NCBI GenBank assembly: GCA_017629175.1
Contig: JAGBXS010000003.1
Coordinates: forward strand, 1 to 60,875
Origin: Clostridia bacterium
Lineage (GTDB): Bacteria > Bacillota > Clostridia > Oscillospirales > CAG-382
Length of the DNA: 60,875 nucleotides
Reading direction: 5' to 3'
Below the pieces are notes generated by a model that saw nothing but the letters and a program-made list of their open reading frames with translations, was not told where the DNA came from and ran no database searches. The stretch's first letter is position 1; every line of letters starts with the position of its first letter. Made by a program: the position numbers and the translations under genes. Shown in pieces: positions 1-10,865 of the stretch.

Positions 1-854
<854 letters not shown>

Positions 855-3800
855 TTAATCGATATAATCGTTTTCGTTCTCGTCGTAGACGTATTCTTCC
901 TCTTCGGAATCCGCCTCGGCGATCTCATCTTCGGAGAGCCCTGCGTGTACGCTGTTCTCATCCTCGTAGACCAGACCGTCTTCGGAATCCAGAACGCTTG
1001 CGCCAAGCTCTGCATCGGAGAATTTCTTTTCATCGGGACCGTCGTCGTCGGTGTAATCCTTCATGGGGATCTCCTCACCGTTCTTGTCGCGGACGCGAAC
1101 GTCCAGACCCAGAGACTGCAGCTCCTTCACCAGCACCTTAAAGGATGCGGGCACGCCGGGAGTGGGGATGTTCAGGCCCTTTACGATTGCCTCGTAAGCC
1201 TTCACACGGCCCTTCACGTCGTCGGACTTCACCGTCAGGATCTCCTGCAGGGTGTAAGCGGCGCCGTATGCCTCCAAAGCCCAAACCTCCATCTCACCGA
1301 AACGCTGGCCGCCGAACTGAGCTTTACCGCCCAAGGGCTGCTGGGTTACCAGAGAGTAAGGACCGGTGGAACGGGCGTGGATCTTATCGTCTACCAAGTG
1401 GTGGAGCTTCAAGAAGTACATAACGCCCACGGTTACGGGGTTGTCGAAGGGCTGACCGGTACGGCCGTCGTACAGCACGGTCTTACCGTTTTCGCTGCAG
1501 CCGGCTTCCTTGAGCCATTCCTGAATGTCCTTCTCGTTTGCGCCGTCGAAGACGGGGGTCATGACCTTACAGCCCATCTTGCGGGCGGCCATACCCAAGT
1601 GAACCTCAAGCACCTGACCGATGTTCATACGGGAAGGTACGCCCAAGGGGTTCAATACGATATCCAGAGGAGTGCCGTCGGGAAGGAAGGGCATATCCTC
1701 GGGGGGCAGGATGCGGGAAATAACACCCTTGTTACCGTGACGGCCCGCCATCTTGTCACCTACGGAGATCTTTCTCTTCTGTGCCACGTAAACGCGGACA
1801 CACTGGATCACGCCGGGAGACAGAACGTCGCAATCGTCGCGGGAGAATACCTTAACGTCCACGATGATACCGGATTCGCCGTGGGGCAGCTTCAGAGAGG
1901 TGTCGCGGACTTCTCTTGCCTTCTCGCCGAAGATGGCGCGCAGCAGTCTCTCCTCTGCGGTCAGCTCGGTCTCACCCTTGGGGGTAACCTTACCGACCAG
2001 GATGTCGCCGGAGTGTACCTCGGAACCGATACGGATGATACCGTCTGCATCCAGGTCGCGGAGCGCTTCATCTGCCACGTTGGGAAGCTGGCGGGTGATC
2101 TCTTCCGGCCCAAGCTTGGTATCGCGGGATTCGCAATAGTATTCTTCGATATGAATAGAGGTATAAACGTCGTCACGAACCAGACGCTCGTTCAGCAGAA
2201 CTGCGTCCTCGTAGTTATAACCCTCCCAGGTCATAAAGCCGATGAGGGCGTTCTTACCGAGAGCAACCTCGCCGTCCTTGGTAGCGGGACCGTCAGCCAG
2301 GACGTCGCCCTGCTTGACGTAGTCGCCCTTGCTGACCACGGGACGCTGGTTCACGCAGGTGCCTGCGTTGCTTCTCTTGAACTTGGTGAGGGTGTAAAGA
2401 TCGCTCTTACCCTCGTCGGTACGGATCACGATCTCGTCGGAGGAGACGGATTCCACGTAACCGCTTCTCTTACAGATCACCAGAACGCCGGAGTCGTATG
2501 CGGCACGGTACTCCATACCGGTACCTACGATGGGAGCGTCCGTCATCATCAGCGGCACAGCCTGCTTCTGCATGTTGGAGCCCATCAGCGCACGGGTGTT
2601 ATCGTCGTTTTCAAGGAAGGGGATCATTGCGGTGGCAACGGAGACCACCATCTTGGGAGAAACGTCCATCAGATCGATACGGCTTGCCTCAAACTCGCCG
2701 ATCTCGTCCAGATGTCTGCCTACTACCTTACGGTTTACGAAATGGCCGTTCTCATCGATGGGCTCGTTGGCGGTAGCAACAACGTACTCGTCCTCCACGT
2801 CTGCGGAGATGTAAACCACGTCCTTGGTAACCACGCCGTTCTTTACCACGCGGTAAGGAGCCTCGATAAAGCCGAAGCGGTTTACCTTTGCGTAGCAAGC
2901 CAGAGAGGAGATCAGACCGATGTTGGGACCTTCGGGGGTCTCAATGGGACACATTCTGCCGTAATGGGTATAGTGAACGTCACGCACCTCGAAGGACGCT
3001 CTGTCACGGGACAGACCGCCGGGACCCAACGCGGAAATTCTTCTCTTGTGGGTCAGCTCCGCCAAGGGGTTGGACTGGTCCATAAACTGAGACAAGGGAG
3101 AAGAACCGAAGAAGTCACGGATGGCGGAAACGATGGGACGGATGTTGATCAAAGACTGGGGAGTGATGGTGTCGATGTCCTGGGTGGTCATCTTCTCCTT
3201 AACGATCTTATCCATACGGGAGAAGCCGATGCGAAGCTGGTTCAGCAGCAATTCGCCTACCGCGCGGATACGGCGGTTGCCCAGGTGGTCGATATCGTCG
3301 GTAACGCCCACGCCGTGGGAGAGACCCAACAGATAGTTCACGGAAGCCAGAACGTCCTCCACGGTAACGGTACCGGGGATCAGCTCCTTCTTCTTATTAT
3401 TGATAGCCTTCTTCAAGGCCTCAACGTCGGAGATGCCAACCTCCTTCACGATGGAAAGCAGAACGTCCAGAGAAACGGTCTCGTCCAGACCCAGCTCCTC
3501 GTCGGTGATGGAAAGGCCTGCGGCGGCAAGGATGCCGGAAGCGGAGACCATGCGGTTGGTAAATACCTTTACGGGGGTGTTAACGCCTTCCTCTTCCTCA
3601 ACCAGGATGGTGATTTCGCAAACACCGGCACGCTCAAGGTTCTCAGCCTCTGCGCGGCTGAGCTTTCTGCCTGCCTCGTAGATCACCTCGCCGGTAACGG
3701 GGGAAACAGCGTCCTCCGCCAGGGTGTGGCCGATCAAACGGCGGCCGAGAGCAAGCTTCTTATTAAACTTATATCTACCCACGGCGGAGATATCGTATCT

Positions 3801-4637
3801 CTTCTCGTCGAAGAACAGGTTGTTGATCAGGATCTGAGCAGACTCCAGAATGGGGGGCTCGCCGGGACGGAGCTTCTTATAGATCTCCTTGAGAGCCTCC
3901 TCGGTGGGATCGGTCATGACACCTGCCTGGATCAGACGCTCTACCTCTGCGGGGATGGGATCCTTCTCGAAGGATGCCTTCAGCAAGGGCTCGTCGCCGA
4001 ACTTGGCAAGGATCTGCTCGTTGGTGCCGCATCCGAAGGCGCGCAAAAGCACCGTAATGGGCATCTTACGGTTCTTGTCGATACGGACATAGAAAATATT
4101 GGAGGAATCGGTCTCGTACTCCAGCCAAGCACCGCGGTAAGGAATTACCGTGGAGGTAAACAGCTTGTTGCCGGATTTATCCCCGGTCATCTCATAATAG
4201 ATACCGGGAGAACGGACGATCTGAGACACGACGACACGCTCCGCACCGTTGATCACAAAGGTGCCGGAATCGGTCATAATGGGGAAATCGCCCATGTAGA
4301 TTTCCTGCTCCTTCACCTCGCCGGTGGAACGGTTGGTCAGTCTCACCGTCACACGGAAGGGGGAAGCGTAGTTGAGGTCACGCTCCTTGCACTCCGCGAT
4401 GGTGTACTTGGGCGGGTCGCTCAGTGTGTAATCGATAAACTCGATCACCAGATTGCCGGAATAGTCCGTCATCGGGGAAATGTCCTTCAAAACCTGCCCG
4501 ATCTCCTTGGTCACGAAATCGTCAAAAGACTTTTTCTGAACCTCGATCAGGTTCGGCATTTCAATGACTTCCTCAATTTTGGAGAAAGACATTCTCTTGG
4601 TTTTACCCAGAGTCTGTTCATGTACCATACCGATCAT
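855..4637 (-). CDS. rpoB: DNA-directed RNA polymerase subunit beta
   Basis: 1260-aa ORF with the [27 protein letters not shown]-terminus and the [19 protein letters not shown] and [13 protein letters not shown] motifs. It has an acidic C-terminal tail. The start could be the ATG at 4628 instead. Confidence 0.97.
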   Translation of the reverse strand: MIGMVHEQTLGKTKRMSFSKIEEVIEMPNLIEVQKKSFDDFVTKEIGQVLKDISPMTDYSGNLVIEFIDYTLSDPPKYTIAECKERDLNYASPFRVTVRLTNRSTGEVKEQEIYMGDFPIMTDSGTFVINGAERVVVSQIVRSPGIYYEMTGDKSGNKLFTSTVIPYRGAWLEYETDSSNIFYVRIDKNRKMPITVLLRAFGCGTNEQILAKFGDEPLLKASFEKDPIPAEVERLIQAGVMTDPTEEALKEIYKKLRPGEPPILESAQILINNLFFDEKRYDISAVGRYKFNKKLALGRRLIGHTLAEDAVSPVTGEVIYEAGRKLSRAEAENLERAGVCEITILVEEEEGVNTPVKVFTNRMVSASGILAAAGLSITDEELGLDETVSLDVLLSIVKEVGISDVEALKKAINNKKKELIPGTVTVEDVLASVNYLLGLSHGVGVTDDIDHLGNRRIRAVGELLLNQLRIGFSRMDKIVKEKMTTQDIDTITPQSLINIRPIVSAIRDFFGSSPLSQFMDQSNPLAELTHKRRISALGPGGLSRDRASFEVRDVHYTHYGRMCPIETPEGPNIGLISSLACYAKVNRFGFIEAPYRVVKNGVVTKDVVYISADVEDEYVVATANEPIDENGHFVNRKVVGRHLDEIGEFEASRIDLMDVSPKMVVSVATAMIPFLENDDNTRALMGSNMQKQAVPLMMTDAPIVGTGMEYRAAYDSGVLVICKRSGYVESVSSDEIVIRTDEGKSDLYTLTKFKRSNAGTCVNQRPVVSKGDYVKQGDVLADGPATKDGEVALGKNALIGFMTWEGYNYEDAVLLNERLVRDDVYTSIHIEEYYCESRDTKLGPEEITRQLPNVADEALRDLDADGIIRIGSEVHSGDILVGKVTPKGETELTAEERLLRAIFGEKAREVRDTSLKLPHGESGIIVDVKVFSRDDCDVLSPGVIQCVRVYVAQKRKISVGDKMAGRHGNKGVISRILPPEDMPFLPDGTPLDIVLNPLGVPSRMNIGQVLEVHLGMAARKMGCKVMTPVFDGANEKDIQEWLKEAGCSENGKTVLYDGRTGQPFDNPVTVGVMYFLKLHHLVDDKIHARSTGPYSLVTQQPLGGKAQFGGQRFGEMEVWALEAYGAAYTLQEILTVKSDDVKGRVKAYEAIVKGLNIPTPGVPASFKVLVKELQSLGLDVRVRDKNGEEIPMKDYTDDDGPDEKKFSDAELGASVLDSEDGLVYEDENSVHAGLSEDEIAEADSEEEEYVYDENENDYID

Positions 4638-4839
4638 TCACTCCATTTCTTTTTTCACTATTTGGAAATATTTGCTGAATTTTGCGCCATATATTTCTAT
4701 ATGTAGCCGTCTGCTTTTTGCGCATATACCACCCCTTGTACTTTATGCCACAAAACATGAGAAAAAACGGTTTTCTGTCGCCTGCCGATTTGAACCCATC
4801 TTAATTTTAGCATAGTTATGGATGATAATGCAGTATAGT

Positions 4840-4868
4840 ATACTATCACAAATGAACCCCTTTGTCAA
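4840..4868 (-). promoter_or_regulatory. candidate sigma-A promoter of rpoBC
   Basis: On the minus strand: TTGACA (4868-4863), 17 nt spacer, TAGTAT (4845-4840). This implies a leader of about 200 nt before rpoB. Confidence 0.45.
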
Positions 4869-5054
4869 GAGAAAAAAGGAAAAATTTGAAAAAAATTTCG
4901 CGTGGCGCGAAGGCATGTTGCGCATGGCACGGCATGCGGTACATCTCCGTCATTCGCTCGCTCAGGATGACGTGTTGGGGTGGGTAGCTTGCAGATTTCG
5001 GGGGGATGAGGTTCCTATCGAAACCAATGAGCCGCGATTCCCATGGAAAAACTC

Positions 5055-5083
5055 TTGCATTTTCCTTCCTCTTATGATATAAT
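5055..5083 (+). promoter_or_regulatory. candidate sigma-A promoter of the galactokinase-family gene
   Basis: TTGCAT, 17 nt spacer, TGaTATAAT (extended -10). It lies downstream of the ORF-track ATG at 5043, which favours the 5115 start. Confidence 0.55.
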
Positions 5084-5114
5084 ACATCCCGAAAAACAAT
5101 CAGGGAGGCAAAAC

Positions 5115-6392
5115 ATGCTGATTTCCGCCATTCTCTCTGCCGTAGAAAACGGCAGCTTTGATAAAACCTTTGAAGCCCTTTATCACGATACCGTCCGTCC
5201 CCGCCGCCGCTACGCCAAGCTGATCGGCGAGTTTTTGGAGCGTTACGGCGACCGGGAGGGTATGCTGTTCTCCGTTCCCGGCAGAACGGAGATCTCCGGC
5301 AACCACACCGACCACAACAACGGCTGTGTTCTTGCCGCCTCCGTGGACATCGACATCATCGCCGTGGCCGCCAAGACCGAGGGGATGACCGTCCGTCTGA
5401 AGAGCGAGGGCTACCCCGAGGATACGGTGGATTGCTCCGATCCCAACCCCAAGAAGGTGCGCAAGGGCTCTTCCTCCGCACTGGTCACCGGGGTTTGCGA
5501 CGCCTTTGCCAAGAAGGGCTACGCCTTTGGCGGTTTTGACGCCTGCACCTCCAGCGACGTGCTGACGGGAAGCGGTCTTTCCTCCTCCGCCGCCTTTGAG
5601 GTGATGTGCGCCCGCATCATTTCCCAGCTTTACAACGACGGCAAGGTTCCTCCCATGGAGCTTGCCCTGGCGGGACAGTACGCCGAGAACGTATACTTCG
5701 GCAAGCCCTGCGGTCTGATGGATCAGGCGGCTTGTGCCTGCGGCGGCTTCCTGTATATCGATTTTGAGAACCCCAAAGCCCCCAAGACGGAAAAGCTTTC
5801 CCTTGACCCCGAGAAGGCGGGCTACACCTTCTGCATCGTGAACACCGGTGGCAACCACGTAGACCTCACCGACGACTACGCCGCCGTTCCCAAGGAAATG
5901 CACGCCTGCGCCGCCTTGATGGGCAAGAAGGTGCTCCGCGAATGTGACGAGGAGGAATTCCTCTCCCGCATCAGCTATATGCGCGCCAACGTAGGGGACA
6001 GAGCCATTCTCCGCGCCATCCATTATTTTGACGAAAACAAGCGTGTGGAGGCCCAGCGCGCCGCCTTGAAGAGCGGGGACGCAGACACCTTCTTCCGCCT
6101 GGTTACCGCCTCCGGCAGATCCTCCTTTGAATTCTTGCAGAACGTATACACCACCCGCAACGTGTCCGAGCAGGGCATTTCCCTGGCCCTGGCCCTTTCC
6201 CAGCGGTTCGGCGCTGTCTGCCGTGTGCACGGCGGCGGCTTTGCGGGCACCATCCAGGCCTACGTTCCCACGGACAAGGTGGAAGCCTACCGGGATGCCA
6301 TCAACAACGTATTCGGCAAGAACGCCTGCATGCTGCTGCGCATCCGTCCCTACGGTGCCTCCGCAGTGACTCCCGAAGGCGTGCTGGAATAA
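5115..6392 (+). CDS. galactokinase-family (GHMP) sugar kinase
   Basis: GHMP/galactokinase signatures GRTEISGNHTDHNNG and GSGLSSSAAFEV. A GGGAGG RBS precedes ATG 5115. 425 aa. Confidence 0.7.
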   Translation: MLISAILSAVENGSFDKTFEALYHDTVRPRRRYAKLIGEFLERYGDREGMLFSVPGRTEISGNHTDHNNGCVLAASVDIDIIAVAAKTEGMTVRLKSEGYPEDTVDCSDPNPKKVRKGSSSALVTGVCDAFAKKGYAFGGFDACTSSDVLTGSGLSSSAAFEVMCARIISQLYNDGKVPPMELALAGQYAENVYFGKPCGLMDQAACACGGFLYIDFENPKAPKTEKLSLDPEKAGYTFCIVNTGGNHVDLTDDYAAVPKEMHACAALMGKKVLRECDEEEFLSRISYMRANVGDRAILRAIHYFDENKRVEAQRAALKSGDADTFFRLVTASGRSSFEFLQNVYTTRNVSEQGISLALALSQRFGAVCRVHGGGFAGTIQAYVPTDKVEAYRDAINNVFGKNACMLLRIRPYGASAVTPEGVLE

Positions 6393-6396
6393 ACCC

Positions 6397-7158
6397 ATGC
6401 CCGCAGAAGTTTATCAGCTTTTTTCCTCCTCCAAGGGGAATTGCTGTCTGATCAAAAACGGAAACGACGTGTTTCTCATCGACGCAGGAGTTTCCGCCAA
6501 GCGGATCGAAGCTGCGGTGAAGCAGGTGGGCATTGCTCCGGAGCAGATCCGCGCCGTGTTCGTGACCCACGAGCATTCCGATCACATCAAGGGCTTGGAG
6601 ACCTTATCCCGCCGTTACGGCATGGACATCTACGCCCCCACCGGGTGCTTTGACGGCATTCTTGCCGCCGCCCCCTCGGCGTTCCCCTTCCTGAAGCCCA
6701 ACGAGCCGGGAACCCTCACCTGCCTGGAGGACACCCGCATCTACACCGTGCGCACCCCTCACGATGCCTGCGCCTCCGTAGGCTTCCGCATGGAGCTTGC
6801 GGGAGAGATCATGGCCTATTTCACCGACATCGGCCATCTTTCCTCGGAGATCTTGCGTGCCATGTCGGGATGCAAGCGGATCGTCATCGAATCCAACCAC
6901 GACGTGGAGCGCTTGAAGGCGGGGCCCTACCCCTTCCCTCTCAAAAAACGGATCTTGGGCCCGTACGGCCATCTTTCCAACTTCGATTGCGCCGCACTGC
7001 TGCCCCATTTGGTGCGCTACGGCACACAGCGCATCGTCTTAGCCCACTTGTCCGAGGAGAACAACACCCCGGAGATGGCTTACGAGGAATCCGCCCGCCG
7101 TTTGGAGGGTGCCGCCTCTCTGGCCGTGGCAAAGCCTGCGGAGACGGTGGAGGTATAG
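6397..7158 (+). CDS. MBL-fold metallo-hydrolase
   Basis: THEHSDH (HxHxDH) metal-binding motif plus downstream His/Asp residues. 253 aa, 4 nt after the preceding gene. Confidence 0.75.
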   Translation: MPAEVYQLFSSSKGNCCLIKNGNDVFLIDAGVSAKRIEAAVKQVGIAPEQIRAVFVTHEHSDHIKGLETLSRRYGMDIYAPTGCFDGILAAAPSAFPFLKPNEPGTLTCLEDTRIYTVRTPHDACASVGFRMELAGEIMAYFTDIGHLSSEILRAMSGCKRIVIESNHDVERLKAGPYPFPLKKRILGPYGHLSNFDCAALLPHLVRYGTQRIVLAHLSEENNTPEMAYEESARRLEGAASLAVAKPAETVEV

Positions 7159-7173
7159 GAATAGAGAACGATC

Positions 7174-7205
7174 AAGACCCTTTCTTTCGAAAAAGAAAGG
7201 GTCTT
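7174..7205 (+). terminator. hairpin after the MBL-hydrolase gene
   Basis: AAGACCCTTTCTTT-cgaaa-AAGAAAGGGTCTT is a perfect 13-14 bp stem, but the U-tract (TTAATAAT) is weak. Confidence 0.5.
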
Positions 7206-7351
7206 AATAATCCCCAAAGAAACCTATTGTGAGGGGAAGGAGGAACACAAAACAGGCGAACAACGAGTCCCCCCACAATCACGGACAGGTTAAATACGTG
7301 TCCCCTTGTTCGCACCAAACCCACCACGTGTCCGTAGCCCCCCAAAAACAA

Positions 7352-7378
7352 CAAAAAAGAGACCTTGCGGTCTCTTTT
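7352..7378 (-). terminator. rho-independent terminator of secG
   Basis: The minus strand reads AAGAGACC-gcaa-GGTCTCTT followed by TTTTTT, about 20 nt after the secG stop. Confidence 0.65.
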
Positions 7379-7396
7379 GCTTTGCCTTATGGAAAA

Positions 7397-7807
7397 TTAC
7401 TCAGCAGCCTCGGAAGACTCTGCAACGGACTCCTCAACGGAAACATCTGCGGAGGTCTCGGAGGAAGTATCCACAGAGATGTTGGAAACGGTGGAAGAGG
7501 TAGCGGAGGAGGTTGCGGAAGAGGTGGAAGAAGTGTTGTTCTTGCTTACGTTCTTGGAGATAGCGGTAACGGTGTACAGCGCGATTACCAGAACGCCGAA
7601 CAGAACTGCACAGTAAACGGTCCAGCTCTCAAATCTCTTGCCCTTCTTAGCGGCCTCGGTACGGTTCAGATAGGAGTTGGAAGAGGACTGGCCGGAAATA
7701 ACGTTCTCCAGACCCTTTCTCTTGCCCTGCTGCTTGCTGACCAGGAAGATCAATACAACAGCCGTCGCCAGAATCAAACCACCAATGATATATTGCAAAA
7801 TGCTCAT
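7397..7807 (-). CDS. secG: preprotein translocase subunit SecG with extended Ser/Thr/acidic C-terminal tail
   Basis: MSILQYIIGGLILATAVVLIFLVSKQQGKRKGL...RFESWTVYCAVLFGVLVIALYTV matches the two-TM SecG pattern. About 50 extra residues are rich in S, T and E. Confidence 0.75.
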   Translation of the reverse strand: MSILQYIIGGLILATAVVLIFLVSKQQGKRKGLENVISGQSSSNSYLNRTEAAKKGKRFESWTVYCAVLFGVLVIALYTVTAISKNVSKNNTSSTSSATSSATSSTVSNISVDTSSETSADVSVEESVAESSEAAE

Positions 7808-7908
7808 ACGATCAAATACCTTTCTATTTTACGAAATTTGCAGACTACGGGATATATTACCACAACAAATCCCGCTTTTCAATAGCGTTTTTTATTTTTG
7901 TGAAAAAT

Positions 7909-9378
7909 TCACATTTTGTTCATATTTTCCGGTTTTTCCGTTTTGTCTTCCTTTTCGGGCTTGTCCTTTTTGCCGTTGCCCCAAACCACCAAGCGGAAGA
8001 TCTGTCGGATCACCCAGAACAGCAAGGCCAGTGCCGCCCAGGCGATGATGATGATCAGCACCCATTTGATGATGTTTCCCATAGGGCCTTCGAAGAGGAA
8101 GGAGAACAAATGGTTCTTGGCGGAAAGGAGGGTATTCACCTCCACGGACTTCTCCGCCAGCATATTTACGGTGGCAAGGGTCTTGCCCTCCAGCACGAAG
8201 GATGCGGTGCCCAGCACCTCCCCCTGCTTGACGGGAGCATCCACGGTCATGTAGGTCTTCCCTGCTTTTTCCGCTTCGTAGATCCGTTCGTCATAGGTGA
8301 GAACGATTTCGATCTCGGCGCCGTTGGGGTTGGCCACCATCAGCTCCACGGTCTTCTCGGGAACCAGGCGAAGGATCCCCTCCTCCGCGCCGCCCCCCAG
8401 GCGAAGGTCTGCCAAGAAGGTCACGTCCTTCTCTCCCTTGCCGGAGCAAAGCTTCTGATACCCGAAGGAGTCCAGCACGTAGGGAACCAGGCCGTGCATA
8501 TCGTCGTAGGCGTTGCCGTCGTCAAACCAGCGGGAGCCATCCTCCTCCTGGCGCTCACGGCTGCCCCCCATCACCACGTAGGCATAGGCGATGCCCTCTT
8601 TTTCCGTAAAGGTGACCAGGTGATACCCGCCCTGGTTGGTGGAATGTCCTGCGATCAGACCCACGGCCTCCTCCATGAGGTAGCCCTTCATCAGGTAGTC
8701 GCATTCCAGATAGTTCTTGTTACGGATGGTGCTTCCCGCCCCGCGGTAGGCATCTCTGTCCGCAAGCTGAACCAGATCGTTATAAAGATAGAAGGCTTTT
8801 GCCAGCTTCACCACGTCGCTCGCGGTGGTCTGCCCCAATCCGCCGAAGCCGATGGTATCGGCGTAGAGGGTGTTCTTCATGCCCAGCTCTTCCGCCTTCT
8901 TGTTCATCCGCTCCAGGAAGTCCTCACGGGTGGCCATCATCAGCTCTTCCGTGCAGTACCCCACCAAGGCGGCACAGGCATCGTTGGCGTTGGAGACCAA
9001 AGAGCAGGCGAACAAATACTCCAGGGAGCATTCATCCCCTTGGGTCAGCCCCAGATAAGGGCTGCTTCTGTCGCCGGGGATATAGGTGTCCCGCACCCAG
9101 CTTCCGTTGATGGTGATCTTCTCGGAAAGCTTCCGCCCGGTGTTCTCCAGCAGGTCGTAAGCCACCATCAAGGCCATCAGCTTGGCGGTAACGCCGGGGG
9201 CGTGTACCTCTTCCGCCTTATTTTCATACAGGATCTGCTCCGTATCGATGCAATAGGCCACGGCGGAATTGTTTGCCGCAAACAAGGGCACCGTCTTCGG
9301 CTCCGCTCCCACGCTCAAAAGCAAAACGGGGAGAAGCAGCAGGCACGCCAGCAGGGTGCAAAGCAGTTTTTTACTCAT
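7909..9378 (-). CDS. PBP5/DacB-like D-Ala-D-Ala carboxypeptidase homologue, apparently non-catalytic, membrane-anchored
   Basis: Signal peptide MSKKLLCTLLACLLLLPVLLLSVGA. Alignment anchors to Bacillus DacA are KLMALMVAYD, NDACAALV, MNKKAEELGMKNT and RNKNYL. It has a C-terminal TM helix plus a K/E tail. ATG 9378 overlaps the ribF TGA (ATGA). Confidence 0.65.
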   Translation of the reverse strand: MSKKLLCTLLACLLLLPVLLLSVGAEPKTVPLFAANNSAVAYCIDTEQILYENKAEEVHAPGVTAKLMALMVAYDLLENTGRKLSEKITINGSWVRDTYIPGDRSSPYLGLTQGDECSLEYLFACSLVSNANDACAALVGYCTEELMMATREDFLERMNKKAEELGMKNTLYADTIGFGGLGQTTASDVVKLAKAFYLYNDLVQLADRDAYRGAGSTIRNKNYLECDYLMKGYLMEEAVGLIAGHSTNQGGYHLVTFTEKEGIAYAYVVMGGSRERQEEDGSRWFDDGNAYDDMHGLVPYVLDSFGYQKLCSGKGEKDVTFLADLRLGGGAEEGILRLVPEKTVELMVANPNGAEIEIVLTYDERIYEAEKAGKTYMTVDAPVKQGEVLGTASFVLEGKTLATVNMLAEKSVEVNTLLSAKNHLFSFLFEGPMGNIIKWVLIIIIAWAALALLFWVIRQIFRLVVWGNGKKDKPEKEDKTEKPENMNKM

Positions 9379-10328
9379 CTTCCAAGTTCCTTTCGCACTT
9401 CGGCGATATCCTCGTTGATCTGCGCCTTCAGTTCCTCCACGGAACCAAAGCAACGCTCTTTACGCAAGAAGCGAAGCAGGGTGATCTTCACCTGCACACC
9501 GTAGAGATCCCCGTCAAAATCCAGAATATGGGTCTCAAACACCGGCTTGGATTCCGAGGAAACGGTGGGCTTTACCCCCACGTTGGTCAAGCCGTAGAAC
9601 CGCACCGGCTTTCCGTCCTGCAGGAACTCCGCCACGGAAAGATACGCCCCGAATTTGGGAAGCATCCGATCCTCTCCGGGAAGCTGATTGATGGTGGGGC
9701 ATCCGATGGTTCTGCCCAGCTTCCGCCCCTCGCGGACGGTGAGGATGGCGGAATAGGGTCTGCCCAAAAGCTCCTCCACCCGCTCCAGCTTGCCCTCGCC
9801 CAAAAGGCGGCGGATATAGTTGGAGGAGACCTTCTTGCCGTCTCTTTCCACCGCAGGCAGGATCACACAGCTGCCGCCGTAGCGCTCCATCAGCTCCTTC
9901 ATGGTCTCGGGAGAGCCCATGCGTCCTTTGCCGAAGCGGAAATCACTGCCCACCACGGTGCAAACGCAATGAAGCTTTGCGATCAAAAAGTCCCGCACGA
10001 ATTCCTCGCAGGTGAAATCCCGCAGATAGGCGTATTCCCCGCGGTAAACGGCCTCCACGCCCAGGTCGGCAAGAGCCTCCATACGGTCTGCATCCCCGCA
10101 GAGATACTTGGCGCCGAAATACAGCACCATGGGGTTTTCCGTAAAAGTAAATACCAAGGGAGCGGCGTTTCTCGCCTTGCCCTCTTCCGCAAGACGGGCC
10201 AAAAGTGCCCGATGTCCGATATGCATCCCGTCAAAGTTTCCGATGGCCACCACGGTCTCCCCTGCAAAGGGAAGGTCACGGCGCTCCAAAACACGGGGAA
10301 GATTCTTTACAGTATAGTTCTGATACAT
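9375..10328 (-). CDS. ribF: bifunctional riboflavin kinase / FMN adenylyltransferase
   Basis: Motifs VVAIGNFDGMHIGH, GCPTINQ, NVGVKPT and ETHILDFDGDLYG. The start was moved to ATG 10328, which has a GAGGAAA RBS. Confidence 0.9.
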   Translation of the reverse strand: MYQNYTVKNLPRVLERRDLPFAGETVVAIGNFDGMHIGHRALLARLAEEGKARNAAPLVFTFTENPMVLYFGAKYLCGDADRMEALADLGVEAVYRGEYAYLRDFTCEEFVRDFLIAKLHCVCTVVGSDFRFGKGRMGSPETMKELMERYGGSCVILPAVERDGKKVSSNYIRRLLGEGKLERVEELLGRPYSAILTVREGRKLGRTIGCPTINQLPGEDRMLPKFGAYLSVAEFLQDGKPVRFYGLTNVGVKPTVSSESKPVFETHILDFDGDLYGVQVKITLLRFLRKERCFGSVEELKAQINEDIAEVRKELGR

Positions 10329-10465
10329 ACGATTTCCTCGCAGTCTTCGCAATAAAGTTTCTTACCGTTATATTTTATCCCATTTTTACCCCCTTGTCAA
10401 GACGAAACGGGGAAAATTCACACACAATCCCAAAAGACTTTTCCGGGGACGCATAGCGGGAAGGC

Positions 10466-10825
10466 GCTTTGCTCTCAAGGCTCCAAAAACGGCAACGCCG
10501 TTTTTGATGTCGGCGGGATAAAGCTAAGTGCATTTTAAAGCTTTGCGCCCCAATCCCTTGATCCCAATGCCGGGAAAACGGCTCTGCCGTTTTCGATGTC
10601 GGCGGGATAAAGCCGGGTATAATTCACAGCTTTGCGCCCCAACCCCTTGATCCCAATGCCGGGAAAACGGCTCTGCCGTTTTTGATGTCGGCGGGATAAA
10701 GCTAAGTGCATTTTAAAGCTTTGCGCCCCAATCCCTTGATCCCAATGCCGGGAAAACGGCTCTGCCGTTTTCGATGTCGGCGGTACAAAGCTGTGCATAA
10801 AGCTTTGTTTTGCGCCGACTTGGTC
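10466..10825. repeat. tandem array of an 89-bp unit (about 4 copies) containing the AAAACGGC-n3-GCCGTTTT hairpin and GTCGGCGG core
   Basis: Unit starts (GCTTTGC) are at 10466, 10540, 10629, 10718 and 10802. The three central copies are nearly identical. The array lies in the divergent ribF / GT-C intergenic region. Confidence 0.9.
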
Positions 10826-10854
10826 TTGACAAACCGAACGGGCTTTGATACAAT
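10826..10854 (+). promoter_or_regulatory. candidate sigma-A promoter of the GT-C glycosyltransferase gene
   Basis: TTGACA, 17 nt spacer, TACAAT, located 12 nt before the AAGGAA RBS and ATG 10866. Confidence 0.55.
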
Positions 10855-10865
10855 AAGGAACGAAG

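Noticed and set aside
4822-5082. 86-aa ORF in the rpoB / galactokinase-family intergenic region
   Set aside because: It has no RBS, runs through two predicted promoters, and its composition is not protein-like.
10466-10825. Possible CRISPR array (also considered for 49711-49902)
   Set aside because: The whole 89-90 bp unit repeats. There are no unique spacers between short repeats, no cas genes and no leader. These are tandem repeats, not CRISPR.
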